Below, piece after piece: positions 30,238-39,870 of a stretch of DNA of 64,000 nucleotides. The notes beneath the pieces were generated by a model, which saw nothing but the letters and a program-made list of their open reading frames with translations, was not told the DNA's origin and made no database searches. Made by a program: the position numbers and the translations under genes. Location of the stretch: assembly GCA_038146805.1 (NCBI GenBank), contig JAYQSH010000003.1:48519-112518 (forward strand). The letters run 5' to 3'. Position 1 is the first letter of the stretch, and each line of letters starts with the position of its first letter. The stretch is from a bacterium (lineage in GTDB: Bacteria > Cyanobacteriota > Vampirovibrionia > LMEP-6097).

Positions 30238-30504
30238 ATGGCACGCGGAAAACATAAATCAATACCAAAAGAGCTCAAAAAAAACATAAATTGGCTTGAA
30301 AACCAAGGTGCTAAGATAGTTATTGGCTTATCTGAGTGTGCTCGCCATAAATATGCACCGGGGACAATAAAAATTCTTAGTGAAACTGCGGCTGGCTTTA
30401 AAGCAAATGCTTATTCGGGAAATGGAGTTATGAATATATTTATTGTTGTCAAAAACAATGAATTACGAGAATTAGTAAAGGAAAAATTTAACAATGAACA
30501 ATAA
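30238..30504 (+). CDS. hypothetical small protein (88 aa)
   Basis: ORF overlapping the next start by 11 nt. Confidence 0.45.
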   Translation: MARGKHKSIPKELKKNINWLENQGAKIVIGLSECARHKYAPGTIKILSETAAGFKANAYSGNGVMNIFIVVKNNELRELVKEKFNNEQ

Positions 30505-31246
30505 TTTAAATAGATTGATAGACCATACCAATTTAAATATTGATGCAACAAAAGCAGATATACAAAAACTAGTAAGAGAAGCAATAGAATTTAATTTTAA
30601 TTCGATATGTGTTCGCGCCAATTGGCTTGAAGAATTTGCTAAAGCTTATAGAGTATCTGTGGTTTCTTCATTTCCAGAAAATGTTTTTAATGTTTCAAAA
30701 ACAGATGAGGTCAAACAAATAATCGGCAATGCTCACGCTGATGAAAAATTTGCAGAAGTAAGCAAAATTATTAGACAAGGTGCAAGTGAGATTGATCCTG
30801 TTATTAATATTTCAAAATTAGAACAACTGCACGAAGAAATGGATATTTATTATGAAGCCGTAATGCAAGAACAACGACCGGTAATCATAAAACCAATTTT
30901 TTCTTGTGAAATTTTAAGTGATGAAGAGCTTGAATTTAGTATCGCCAAATACTCTGACTACGCTAAAAGAAATCAAGAAGACAAAATAAAATATTGCTAC
31001 AAAAACTCTACAGGCTTTATCAAAAGTAATAATCCTGAATTACTCAAAACCAGTTCAGTGAAGTTAGTAACGGCAATCAATAAATATTTTGAACTCTATG
31101 ACCCAATGCAACTTGTTGCCATCAAAATTGCTGGCGGCGTTCGCAGTGTTGCTGATATAGAAAATTTTCAAGCAATTTTACAAGAACGACTTAGCCATAT
31201 TGGCACAAGTTCTGGTGCCGATATTTTTAGCTTTAGCGCAAATTAG
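30494..31246 (+). CDS. deoC: deoxyribose-phosphate aldolase-like protein
   Basis: IDHTNLNIDAT (cf. IDHTLLKPEAT) and KNSTGF (cf. Schiff-base KTSTGF); length 250 aa. Confidence 0.6.
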   Translation: MNNNLNRLIDHTNLNIDATKADIQKLVREAIEFNFNSICVRANWLEEFAKAYRVSVVSSFPENVFNVSKTDEVKQIIGNAHADEKFAEVSKIIRQGASEIDPVINISKLEQLHEEMDIYYEAVMQEQRPVIIKPIFSCEILSDEELEFSIAKYSDYAKRNQEDKIKYCYKNSTGFIKSNNPELLKTSSVKLVTAINKYFELYDPMQLVAIKIAGGVRSVADIENFQAILQERLSHIGTSSGADIFSFSAN

Positions 31247-31265
31247 TATTGAGCGAAATTAAAAA

Positions 31266-31692
31266 AATGAGTTAATAATAAGCCGGGTTCTGTATGGCTT
31301 GCGCCATTAACTATCATCTATCTGGACCTAAGCATTACTGCTAGGTTCATGCGGAATTCACAGACCCAAAAAGTATACGAGTAATTCCTTTTTGGTTAAG
31401 CCTGCTTACCTTGCAGCTTCAGCGGGGTTTACCGAGCCTAAGCTTCTCAACTTAGCTGGTGAGCCCTTACCTCACCTTTACACCCTTACCTTTGTGACAC
31501 CGAACTTTGATTTAAGACCAAAGATGCTAAAGCAAAGTTCGATATCACAATTCATCCTTGCGGATTAAGGCGGTATTTTTCTGTGGCACTATCCTCACGT
31601 TCACACGTACTGGCAATTAACCAGCAACCTACACTCATATACTGCCCGGACTTTCCTCTCAAAAAATTGAGCGATAGTCTAATTAACTCAAA
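31266..31692 (-). ncRNA. rnpB: RNase P RNA, bacterial type A
   Basis: Reverse strand carries GAGGAAAGTCCGGGC (P4), AGTGCCACAGAAAAATACCGCC, AAGGTAAGGGTGTAAAGGTGAGGTAAGGGCTCACCAGC, GGTAAACCCCGCTGAAGC and the 3' ACAGAACCCGGCTTAT. P1 pairs GAGTTAAT (31682..31689) with ATTAACTC (31269..31276). GC content is well above the surroundings. Confidence 0.88.
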
Positions 31693-31718
31693 AAGCTATC
31701 TTAGCATATAAAAAATAG

Positions 31719-32795
31719 CTAAAAAACAATTTTAAATTCAGTACCCACTTGCTCTTTAGATATAATTTCAACTTGCCAATGATGTAAATCAATAATCTGC
31801 TTAACAATAGACAGACCCAATCCACTACCTTGAATATGCGCCCTGTCTTTTATACGATAAAACTGTTCAAAAATCTTTTCTTGGTCTTCTGGACTAATAC
31901 CAAGTCCGGTATCAACAATCGAAAAAGAATTTTGAGTAGCTCGCACAAAAACTTTTCCATTTTCAACATTGTACTTAATCGCATTATCAACAAAATTAGC
32001 AAGCAAATGTTCTAATAATTTCAAGTCTGCATTTAAAACAAATTTTTTATCAACTTCGTTTACCAGCTCTATATTTCTTTTGAGTGAGCGAGCTGCAGCA
32101 TTGTCTAAAACTTTATTAGCCACTTGAAACAAATTATGTTTTTGTATATTTAAATCAACAGAAGAATTTATCAAATGACTCAAACTCAACATATCTGTAA
32201 CCAAGTCAGCCAAACGATCTGCTTCATGATTCAACTTAGCCAAATAATCATCAAGTTTTTCAGGATCATTTTTTGCACCCAAAATCAAAGTTTCTACAAG
32301 TGTTTTGATATTTTGTAATGGTCGCTTCAATTCATGTGTAGTTTGATTCATGTCTTGGTAAATAATCGGCGCAAGTTCAATCAAATAAGTATCTTTATCT
32401 AATCGAGAAAGATAGACATTGAAATACTGAGCATCAATTTTGATTTCTTTTCTAAAATTTCGAATTGAATTTTTCAAAAGCTCTAACTCTTGGTCATATT
32501 TTTCATCTTTGATATTTTGCAAAAGTTTCAAAAACGCCTCTAGGTTTTGTTTATTTTTATTGACAAACATTGAATTCAAAAGCTCTATATCAAGTCCAAG
32601 AATTTTATGCGCCGCTTTATTCATAAAAACAATATTTTCTTTCAATGACAAAAGCAAAACCCCTTGCGACATTTGATCAACAAGTTCTTGGCTTTGTAAA
32701 AATATTTGCTTATTTTCAAGCATAATTACAAGTATTTTATACCAAATATAAGCATTTTCACCTAGCAAATCAGTCAAAACTACAGTTTTTATCAA
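31719..32795 (-). CDS. orphan cytoplasmic sensor histidine kinase
   Basis: H-box HELKRPLQNI, G-boxes GLGLSIV; no transmembrane segment and no adjacent response regulator. Confidence 0.8.
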   Translation of the reverse strand: MIKTVVLTDLLGENAYIWYKILVIMLENKQIFLQSQELVDQMSQGVLLLSLKENIVFMNKAAHKILGLDIELLNSMFVNKNKQNLEAFLKLLQNIKDEKYDQELELLKNSIRNFRKEIKIDAQYFNVYLSRLDKDTYLIELAPIIYQDMNQTTHELKRPLQNIKTLVETLILGAKNDPEKLDDYLAKLNHEADRLADLVTDMLSLSHLINSSVDLNIQKHNLFQVANKVLDNAAARSLKRNIELVNEVDKKFVLNADLKLLEHLLANFVDNAIKYNVENGKVFVRATQNSFSIVDTGLGISPEDQEKIFEQFYRIKDRAHIQGSGLGLSIVKQIIDLHHWQVEIISKEQVGTEFKIVF

Positions 32796-32852
32796 AAAAG
32801 CAAAACTTTTAACCTTTTATAGATTAAGAAGAGGTTAAGAGGATTTGACAAT

Positions 32853-33224
32853 ATGGCAATTACAAATGGTTTTTTAAGTAGATTTTTTAGAAAAACAAGG
32901 ACACAAGAAAGTAGTCCAAGCACAAAACCGCAGCAACAAACAAATTCGCAAATTACTTCAAGTAACAATGGTAGAAAAGTCCTAACAACTCACACCCCAA
33001 ACCCTCCTAGATACACTGGTGGAAATATCACAACTAGAGACATGTTTAGATTTATAGGTGGTGGAACACCAAGAGATACTAGTCCAACGGTAGTTTCAGG
33101 TTATACGCAATCATTGCAAAGAAGACTTGGAGGTATCTCATCTAGTAACAGAAGCCTTTTTAGCAGTGGCATAAATAACATGGCTAATTATTTTTCTAGC
33201 AGTAGGTTTTTTTCATGGGCTTAA
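32853..33224 (+). CDS. hypothetical S/T-rich basic protein (123 aa)
   Basis: ORF, low complexity. Confidence 0.4.
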   Translation: MAITNGFLSRFFRKTRTQESSPSTKPQQQTNSQITSSNNGRKVLTTHTPNPPRYTGGNITTRDMFRFIGGGTPRDTSPTVVSGYTQSLQRRLGGISSSNRSLFSSGINNMANYFSSSRFFSWA

Positions 33225-33733
33225 GAGAGTTTTATACTTATTCTAAACTTGAACACGAACTTAATCTACAACAAGTTCAAAAAGATGCCGCTTCAATAGC
33301 ACAAAGAAACAAAGAAGCAGTCCTTGAAATTAATAAGGTACCAACAAAAACACACGAATGCGAAAAAGAGTGCGCCTATACAAAATTAAAATCAAAATTT
33401 TCGGCAACTATTTTGGCAAAACTTTTGGAATATAACTTAGACCCTTTTTCAATTACACCCAATGAAGCACTCAAAAAACTTTTAACACTTGGAATGCCAG
33501 TGCAGTACGCAAGGCAAGACTTAGAAAATAATGGCTTTAACACAAAAATAGTCTGCGATCTTTTAAGTAAGCATGGTTTATCTGCACATTTAAATAACGC
33601 TCTTGCACAAGGCGTCAACGGTCTTTCAACATCTAGTGCTGTTAGTTATGCTGAAGCAATTATTGCGAGACATAAACAGACTAATCTTCAGGATCCACTA
33701 AAAATTGCGACTTCGTCAATTTCTCAAGCCTGA
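33215..33733 (+). CDS. hypothetical protein (172 aa); a 3' remnant of a paralog lies at 12183..12222
   Basis: ORF overlapping the upstream ORF by 10 nt. Confidence 0.5.
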   Translation: MGLREFYTYSKLEHELNLQQVQKDAASIAQRNKEAVLEINKVPTKTHECEKECAYTKLKSKFSATILAKLLEYNLDPFSITPNEALKKLLTLGMPVQYARQDLENNGFNTKIVCDLLSKHGLSAHLNNALAQGVNGLSTSSAVSYAEAIIARHKQTNLQDPLKIATSSISQA

Positions 33734-33754
33734 TCCAAGAGTAAAACAAATAAA

Positions 33755-34177
33755 GGGCGTGCTTCCAAACCCGTAATAAGTATCTCGAGTCTTTAGATTT
33801 GGGCATAAGTAGGGTTTGGTTAGACACGCCTAACAAAAGAATCAAACACCGCCGCTTAGTGAGTTTCACGCAGTGAAACAAGCTAAGCCTAAGGTCGTTT
33901 GTGGGACTGATTTCTGACCCCATTTGCTAGTGATTTTAACATTTCACTGTATTTTAAAATTCACTAACTGATGCTCTAAACTCCACCTGGAAATATAAAT
34001 CTTCAAAAAACCTATATAAATAAAAGACTTTTGACAATTTTATTTTGTATTTAGCGTGGCGCTACATGAATCAAAAAAGTCATAAAATACCATTGTTTTA
34101 AAGGCTTTTATAAGATTCAGGTGGAGTTTAGAGCATCAGTTAGTAAAATTCAAAATGGGGTTTGGAATCAGTCCCAT
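33755..34177 (+). repeat. 234-bp structured repeat, copy 3, split by a MITE insertion (33964..34143) with 9-bp target duplication taaaattca
   Basis: 33755..33963 matches the 5' 200 bp of the element, 34153..34177 matches the last 25 bp; taaaattca is present on both sides of the MITE. Confidence 0.85.
33964..34143. mobile_element. MITE (~180 bp) with IS1-family TIRs, inserted into repeat copy 3
   Basis: ctaactgatgctctaaactccacctg ... caggtggagtttagagcatcagttag; internal sequence is the reverse complement of the 20374/53971 MITEs. Confidence 0.85.
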
Positions 34178-34208
34178 AAACTAAGGGTTTTTGCATAAAT
34201 TCATTTAA

Positions 34209-34685
34209 TCATGAGACAAAATCAACACGGTCCGCAGTGTCGCATTGTCTGAAAGCTTCATAGAACACTGTTTGCACAGTACTTGCCAAATTTAAACTGC
34301 GTGAGTTTTTTGAGCGCATCGGCACAGTAATAGCTTGCTCTTGAAATTCATCTAATAATGCTTGTGGTAACCCTCTTGTTTCTGGACCAAAAACCAAAAA
34401 ATCATTTTTTTGATATTCCACATGCCAAAAACTTTTTTTTGCTTTTGTTGTCAGTAACCAAAACCTTGCTTCTGGATTTTGTGTCAAAAAATCTTGCCAA
34501 TTTTCATATAACTTAAGTTCTAGATATTGCCAGTAGTCTAAAGCTGAGCGCTTTAGGTATTTGTCTGATATTTCAAAACCCAAGGGCTTTATCAAATGTA
34601 AAACCAAATCATTAGAGACACACATGCGAGCAATATTGCCTGTGTTTTGCGGTATTTCTGGTTGGTATAAAACAATATTTATCAT
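34209..34685 (-). CDS. trmL: tRNA (cytidine/uridine-2'-O)-methyltransferase, SpoU/TrmL type
   Basis: 158 aa; MINIVLYQPEIPQNTGNIARMC...FGPETRGLP; SPOUT family. Confidence 0.78.
   Translation of the reverse strand: MINIVLYQPEIPQNTGNIARMCVSNDLVLHLIKPLGFEISDKYLKRSALDYWQYLELKLYENWQDFLTQNPEARFWLLTTKAKKSFWHVEYQKNDFLVFGPETRGLPQALLDEFQEQAITVPMRSKNSRSLNLASTVQTVFYEAFRQCDTADRVDFVS
34211..34243 (-). repeat. REP unit
   Basis: atgagacaaaatcaacacggtccgcagtgtcgc. Confidence 0.7.
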
Positions 34686-35635
34686 TTTTGTTTGATCTCT
34701 GGATAAAGTTCATCTTCAAAACTTACCGCCAAATCTTCTGTAGCAACAGCACCTGAAAGGTAGTCTTTGAGTGTATTTGCAAAAACACTCTTTGCTAGAA
34801 TAATCGAATCATTGGCAATTAAATCATCATCGATACAACTTGGATCAATACCAGTCAAAAAGACTTTGTGTTTTTTTGTCAGTTCAAATACATCATCTTT
34901 AGAAAATTTATTTTCAAAATCAAAAAAGATTTTGATGTTTGTATTAAACAAAAACTGAGATCTAATTCTTTGATAGTGATATGGACTTTTGATAAGGTAA
35001 GCTTTGTCACAACTCATGCCTTCTAAATACTCAAAACCATTTTCGTCTTTTTTCAAATTGTCCAACAAAGAATATTTTTCTATCAATTCTTTTGAAGCAA
35101 ACAAAATCCTAGATTGATATAGGTACTTTGCTAATTCAGGATAGGGTTTGGTCATTTTATGATACAAAGAGCGCGCACTATCTACACTAAAAGGAAATAT
35201 TTTTATATAATCAGCATCTTGCAAGTAATCTTGGTAACGCAAAAGCTCAGATTTGGTATAAAAGCCGGGGATATATTGAAAAACAAAATCTTGATTTTCT
35301 TTTAAAGCATTTTTGATTTCTTCTTTATAGACTGGAGCAAAAATCTTGATTTCTGCTTGATGAAAATCAGCTTCTTTTAAAAGTTTAATGAGTTCTGTTA
35401 CTTGTTCAAGTTCATAGATACTACCAAAAGAAAGCCTTAAATTAAGTTGTTGAGCTTTTTTTAAAATTTCTTTTGCATTAAAAACAAAAGCATCACTTAC
35501 AAAAGAAATTTCTATTTCGTTAAAAGATTTACTGAGTGCATCTAGTGCTTGCACATAAAACTCAAGTTCTTCTTGCGCCTTGAGCACTGGTGTTTCACCA
35601 AAATTAAAATTTAAAATAGGAATAAAATCACTCAT
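34682..35635 (-). CDS. hypothetical protein (317 aa), translationally coupled to trmL (ATGA overlap)
   Basis: ORF; no recognised motif. Confidence 0.55.
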   Translation of the reverse strand: MSDFIPILNFNFGETPVLKAQEELEFYVQALDALSKSFNEIEISFVSDAFVFNAKEILKKAQQLNLRLSFGSIYELEQVTELIKLLKEADFHQAEIKIFAPVYKEEIKNALKENQDFVFQYIPGFYTKSELLRYQDYLQDADYIKIFPFSVDSARSLYHKMTKPYPELAKYLYQSRILFASKELIEKYSLLDNLKKDENGFEYLEGMSCDKAYLIKSPYHYQRIRSQFLFNTNIKIFFDFENKFSKDDVFELTKKHKVFLTGIDPSCIDDDLIANDSIILAKSVFANTLKDYLSGAVATEDLAVSFEDELYPEIKQK

Positions 35636-35673
35636 TTATGTTTTCATTTTATCTCAAAAGAGCAACTCAAGCT

Positions 35674-36549
35674 TTAAGCTGCATAAACATTAATAATCTG
35701 CGCTTCTTGTTTTAATAAATCACGCATTTGAGCTTCAATAGCAAAAGCAGTTTCTTTGTCGATACAAGGAAGCTCTGTAAGCTCTATATAATCAGGTTTT
35801 GTCGTTTGCTGTGCTTCGCCATAGTGATTGCCACGAGTAGCAAGCCAATACTCACCGCTTTTGCTGATTGGTTTTGGGCGAGTTGGCGTGTTTATTTGAA
35901 TATTAAAAACCTCAATCTCATTTATCAACTGACATAGAGCGTGTATATAATTAAAATCTTTGGCAAATTTTTCTAAAAACATAATTTGCAATTGCAATTT
36001 AGTGCGCTCTGGATCAATAATAGATTTTAAAGCTTTGATTCCTTTTATAATATTTTTTAGCGAAAGCTCAGCATGTGCTTGATTAATAACTTGCAAATAA
36101 TGGTCATTAGGTGCATCTAATTTTAGTGACACTAAATCTGCTTTGGCTAAGTTGTCACGAACTCTTGCATCGTTCAAAGTAGTAGCATTTGTCAAAACAG
36201 AAATTTTTGTACTAGTGATTTTTTTGAGTTCATCAATAACTTCACCTAAGTTCAATGCTAGACTAGGTTCGCCGGAACCTGCAAAAGTAATAACATCTAG
36301 TTGGGCAAGATTAAAAACCTGATTCTTCAAAGCTAAATTAAAATCATGCAAAATTTTTGTAGTCTGTTGATAAATTTTAATTTCGGTACTTAGATTTTGT
36401 ATTTTGCCAAGTTGACAATAAACACAATTAAACGAACAAGTAGAAATCTCACCAATAGGGTCTATGCCCAAGGAAGTTCCAGCTCGCCAAGATTTAACAG
36501 GCCCATAGATCGAAAAAAAACTTTCTTGATTAATTTGCTCATTTGGCAT
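35674..36549 (-). CDS. radical SAM domain protein
   Basis: CxxxCxxC cluster CSFNCVYCQLG near the N-terminus, glycine-rich SAM motif FAGSGEP. Confidence 0.7.
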   Translation of the reverse strand: MPNEQINQESFFSIYGPVKSWRAGTSLGIDPIGEISTCSFNCVYCQLGKIQNLSTEIKIYQQTTKILHDFNLALKNQVFNLAQLDVITFAGSGEPSLALNLGEVIDELKKITSTKISVLTNATTLNDARVRDNLAKADLVSLKLDAPNDHYLQVINQAHAELSLKNIIKGIKALKSIIDPERTKLQLQIMFLEKFAKDFNYIHALCQLINEIEVFNIQINTPTRPKPISKSGEYWLATRGNHYGEAQQTTKPDYIELTELPCIDKETAFAIEAQMRDLLKQEAQIINVYAA

Positions 36550-36663
36550 AGATATAGTGTAACTAAAACAAAGAAAATAGTTGAAAACCCCTATAAAATC
36601 TAAGCAAGAGAACCAATATTAAAAAATTTTAATAAAAATATAGCAATATTTGCGAAATAGGGG

Positions 36664-36693
36664 TTGACGTATATACACATTAAAGTGTAATAT
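36664..36693 (+). promoter_or_regulatory. sigma70-type promoter (TTGACG - 18 nt - TAATAT, TG immediately upstream of -10) for the 37.2-45.8 kb gene array
   Basis: Near-consensus hexamers followed by SD AAAGAGGA at 36791..36798. Confidence 0.55.
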
Positions 36694-37234
36694 GTAAAGC
36701 AAGCTTTTAAAGCTTAGATAAATCGTAACTTAATTCAATATCAAAAACCCTGAATTAAAGACCTTTTATAGCTAAGTTTTAAAGATAAACAAAGAGGACA
36801 AAGGTGCAAATTTAAAAAGCAAACAGCAAGCAAATAGCTTACTTGCAAAACACCTTAAATCTCTTAAAAGCCAAGGTGGCGAAGGTACAACCGCAGAAGC
36901 GCCAGATGTTAGTTTAACCGAAATTCTTACTTATCTAAATGATGATTCGAAAGGAACTCTTACTGAATCTGATTTAAAGAACATAGTCCAACTTGTTACC
37001 ACAAAAGAAGCCGGTCAAGACGATCGTTTAAAGGCCTTAGACATTGTTACAAGAACATACGGTGAGTCTGGGAAAAAAGTTGGAAATGCAAAAGATAGCG
37101 AATTAGCACTAGGAAGATTACTAACACTAATTAGACAAGAAATCCAAGGCAATGAAGCTGAAGCTAGAGATTCCGCAGTTGAAGCAGCTTCTATCATCAA
37201 TGACGATAGTTTCAACAATCCTTTCTTTAAGGCG

Positions 37235-39772
37235 ATGGGACAAAGTGACAATTCTTCACTTGGTCAATTATTTAAATTTATTCGTCATGAAACTAAGTAT
37301 CTAGACTACGCAAGTACTCTTGCCAAAGAGTTAGTAAAATCACTAGAAGATGGTGATAACAAACGTTTACCAGCACTAGCTGACACTAATAAAGATTTCA
37401 GAGAATTACTTGCTGAAAAACTTTTAGCAAAAAACTTCCAAATTAAATCTGGTGATATTAGAGTTAACTCAAAACTTACTCTTAAACCACTCAGAGTAAA
37501 AGGTAGTGAGCTTGATGAAATCAGAAATGCAAAAGCTGGAACGAACAAAGATACTACTTATACTCTAAGAGATGTTCTCAAACAAATGGCTGCAGCAAAA
37601 GATCGTAAAGCGAGAGCTAGCGCTGTTGCTAAGTATGCAGACATGAATAACATTCTTGAATTCAGATTTGGAAAAGCAGTGCAAGATATTAAAGCTGCTG
37701 AGCACCATATTCAAGCTGGTACTGCAACGATGCCAGGTACAACAACAACACCTCAAGAAGCTAAAAGAGCTGCTGAGAGAAGGGCAAACGATTCAGCTGA
37801 ACAACTTGAAGCACTTCACTTAGCTGTTAAAAACGCTACTATCATGGGTGACTTCAAAGAAATGTTTGAAGAGTCAATTGGCTCATATGGCGTAATGCTT
37901 TTATCATCAGAATTACCAAAATCTATTAACTCTGTAACAGCACCTGAACTAGATGCCACAGTTAAAAGAGAAATCTCTAGACTTCGTGACTTAGGCATGA
38001 ATCCTACTGAACAAACTGATGAGCAGATTATAGATAAATCAAATGACCTTACTAAAAGTTTAAGATCAGACAAAGAAAATCTTTCAGACAAATTAATAAA
38101 AGCTTTCTTTGGTAAAGAAGGTCTTTCTACAGAAGATTTATTTGAGGCTAGAGTTTTTGCAAAAGTAGCAAGTCCTGATATCAATCCATCAGAAAGAACT
38201 GAAAGTCTTGTCACTCTAAAATCTGAGATTATTGAAGACTTCTTATCAAGTAAAATGCCTACAAATCGTGATGGCTTAATAGATATAAGTGATAAAGCTA
38301 CACAGGAAGTTTTTGAAAGATACATAGATCCTATTCTTAATGGAACTACTAATCATAATGGAGATTTTCAAACTGGTGGTCCTTTTTCTGTAGCCGATTT
38401 AAGAGCAGCTTTAAATGAAGATGATGTATTTGCAAATCTAATTGATCATTGGTCTAACCAAACTATCCAATATAATAACTTTAGAACAAGCCCACCAGGA
38501 GCTGCTCAAACTGCACTTAACGAACTTGATGCAATAAGAGAGAAAGTAGTAGAGTTTGATTATAATAATACTCTAGTTAACAACACTAGTGCTATAGACG
38601 CAAAGGTCAAAGCGTCACTAGAAAGTGCTATTAAAAAAGGAGCTTTTCAGGATGGCGTTATAGGCTCTGATAAATTCAGTACTATATTAGACGCACTTGA
38701 GAGTAGCGGTCACGCCGGTAAAATCAAGTCTTGGAAAAGCGCACTAGATAGCTACCAATCTAATAAATCTAAAGCTGCCACAGCAGTACTTGAGATTTAT
38801 GATGCAATGCAAACTGCGCCTACTGGTCATAGTGCTTATGCAAATGGTCCACAAGATGCTTTCAAAAAGATTTCTGATGCTCTTGAATTAAAAGAAGAAT
38901 CAGTTTTAACAGAAGAATCAAGTTTCAAAGAAGATTTAGGTTCTGCAATTGCAACCTTATATGAAGCAATTGCAAACGAAGATCCTATCGACGATAAGAC
39001 TGGTGGTTTAACACTACTTCAGAAAATCATTGAACAAGATGAAGAAGAAGCGAAACGTGCTCCAGTTCAGGAGAAATTGTTCAAACAGGACAAGAGAGGT
39101 TACTTCGAGTACCAAATGACTATTGATAATGGTTTTGATGGTCAAGATTTTGATCCTGAGCTTAGAGTAGTTGCACTTGGAAGATTGATACAAAAAATCA
39201 AAACTTCTGGAGCTAGCGAAGAAGAACAACAAAAAGCTGTTCAGTATATCTTAGGTAACCTAAAAGAAAATACGTCAAATAATTTTGACCCAAGAGTTCC
39301 TATCACTCTTTTAACAGAATCAGATAGGATTTTAGGTGGAAATACTTTTGATAACTTTCATAAATTACAAAGAGAAGAGGCGCGATATGGTTATGCAAGA
39401 GCAGCTGTAAATGCCAAGAAATCAGAATTAGCTGGTGGCATGCTTTACAGAATGTTTGACAGATCTATAAAATCTTCTTCTGGTGTATTTGGTAAATTAA
39501 AAGCAGCTCTTGAGAAAATTCGTGATATATTCTCTGGTGGAGACACTCTTGAAGCAGCAAATAGATTAAAAGAAGACTCTGATCCTAGTATAGTTCCTTT
39601 CAAAGCTGCTTATGATAGAGCAAAAGGCAATGGAAGTGATGACTACGCTTATAAGTCAAGTTTAAAAGCTTCACCAGAGCAAGATCAAGAACATATAGAT
39701 GTTTTTCTTGCAGCATTGAGACATGTTGATCAAAGGCTTGCTCAAAGAGAAGCACCTGACGCGCAAGCTTAA
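37235..39772 (+). CDS. large hypothetical hydrophilic protein (845 aa from the first ATG; the frame is open upstream to 36776, so the true protein may be ~990 aa starting near GTG 36804)
   Basis: 155 stop-free codons upstream of the ATG in an AT-rich context; SD plus GTG at 36804 sits one frame off, consistent with a 1-nt indel in the caaa run. Confidence 0.65.
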   Translation: MGQSDNSSLGQLFKFIRHETKYLDYASTLAKELVKSLEDGDNKRLPALADTNKDFRELLAEKLLAKNFQIKSGDIRVNSKLTLKPLRVKGSELDEIRNAKAGTNKDTTYTLRDVLKQMAAAKDRKARASAVAKYADMNNILEFRFGKAVQDIKAAEHHIQAGTATMPGTTTTPQEAKRAAERRANDSAEQLEALHLAVKNATIMGDFKEMFEESIGSYGVMLLSSELPKSINSVTAPELDATVKREISRLRDLGMNPTEQTDEQIIDKSNDLTKSLRSDKENLSDKLIKAFFGKEGLSTEDLFEARVFAKVASPDINPSERTESLVTLKSEIIEDFLSSKMPTNRDGLIDISDKATQEVFERYIDPILNGTTNHNGDFQTGGPFSVADLRAALNEDDVFANLIDHWSNQTIQYNNFRTSPPGAAQTALNELDAIREKVVEFDYNNTLVNNTSAIDAKVKASLESAIKKGAFQDGVIGSDKFSTILDALESSGHAGKIKSWKSALDSYQSNKSKAATAVLEIYDAMQTAPTGHSAYANGPQDAFKKISDALELKEESVLTEESSFKEDLGSAIATLYEAIANEDPIDDKTGGLTLLQKIIEQDEEEAKRAPVQEKLFKQDKRGYFEYQMTIDNGFDGQDFDPELRVVALGRLIQKIKTSGASEEEQQKAVQYILGNLKENTSNNFDPRVPITLLTESDRILGGNTFDNFHKLQREEARYGYARAAVNAKKSELAGGMLYRMFDRSIKSSSGVFGKLKAALEKIRDIFSGGDTLEAANRLKEDSDPSIVPFKAAYDRAKGNGSDDYAYKSSLKASPEQDQEHIDVFLAALRHVDQRLAQREAPDAQA

Positions 39773-39796
39773 TCAAAGCTTAAACTAATCAAATGA

Positions 39797-39833
39797 AAGC
39801 ACCTAATGTAAACCAGCATTAGGTGCTTTTTTA
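39797..39833 (+). terminator. rho-independent terminator
   Basis: aagcacctaatg - loop - cattaggtgctt followed by T6. Confidence 0.7.
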
Positions 39834-39870
39834 TCAAATATATAACCTTTCACGCTTTGTATATACACAG

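Noticed and set aside
39823-39870. ORF-track start at 39823 for the 215-aa protein
   Set aside because: The first 16 codons lie inside the terminator hairpin at 39797..39833; the internal Met at 39871 is the more plausible start
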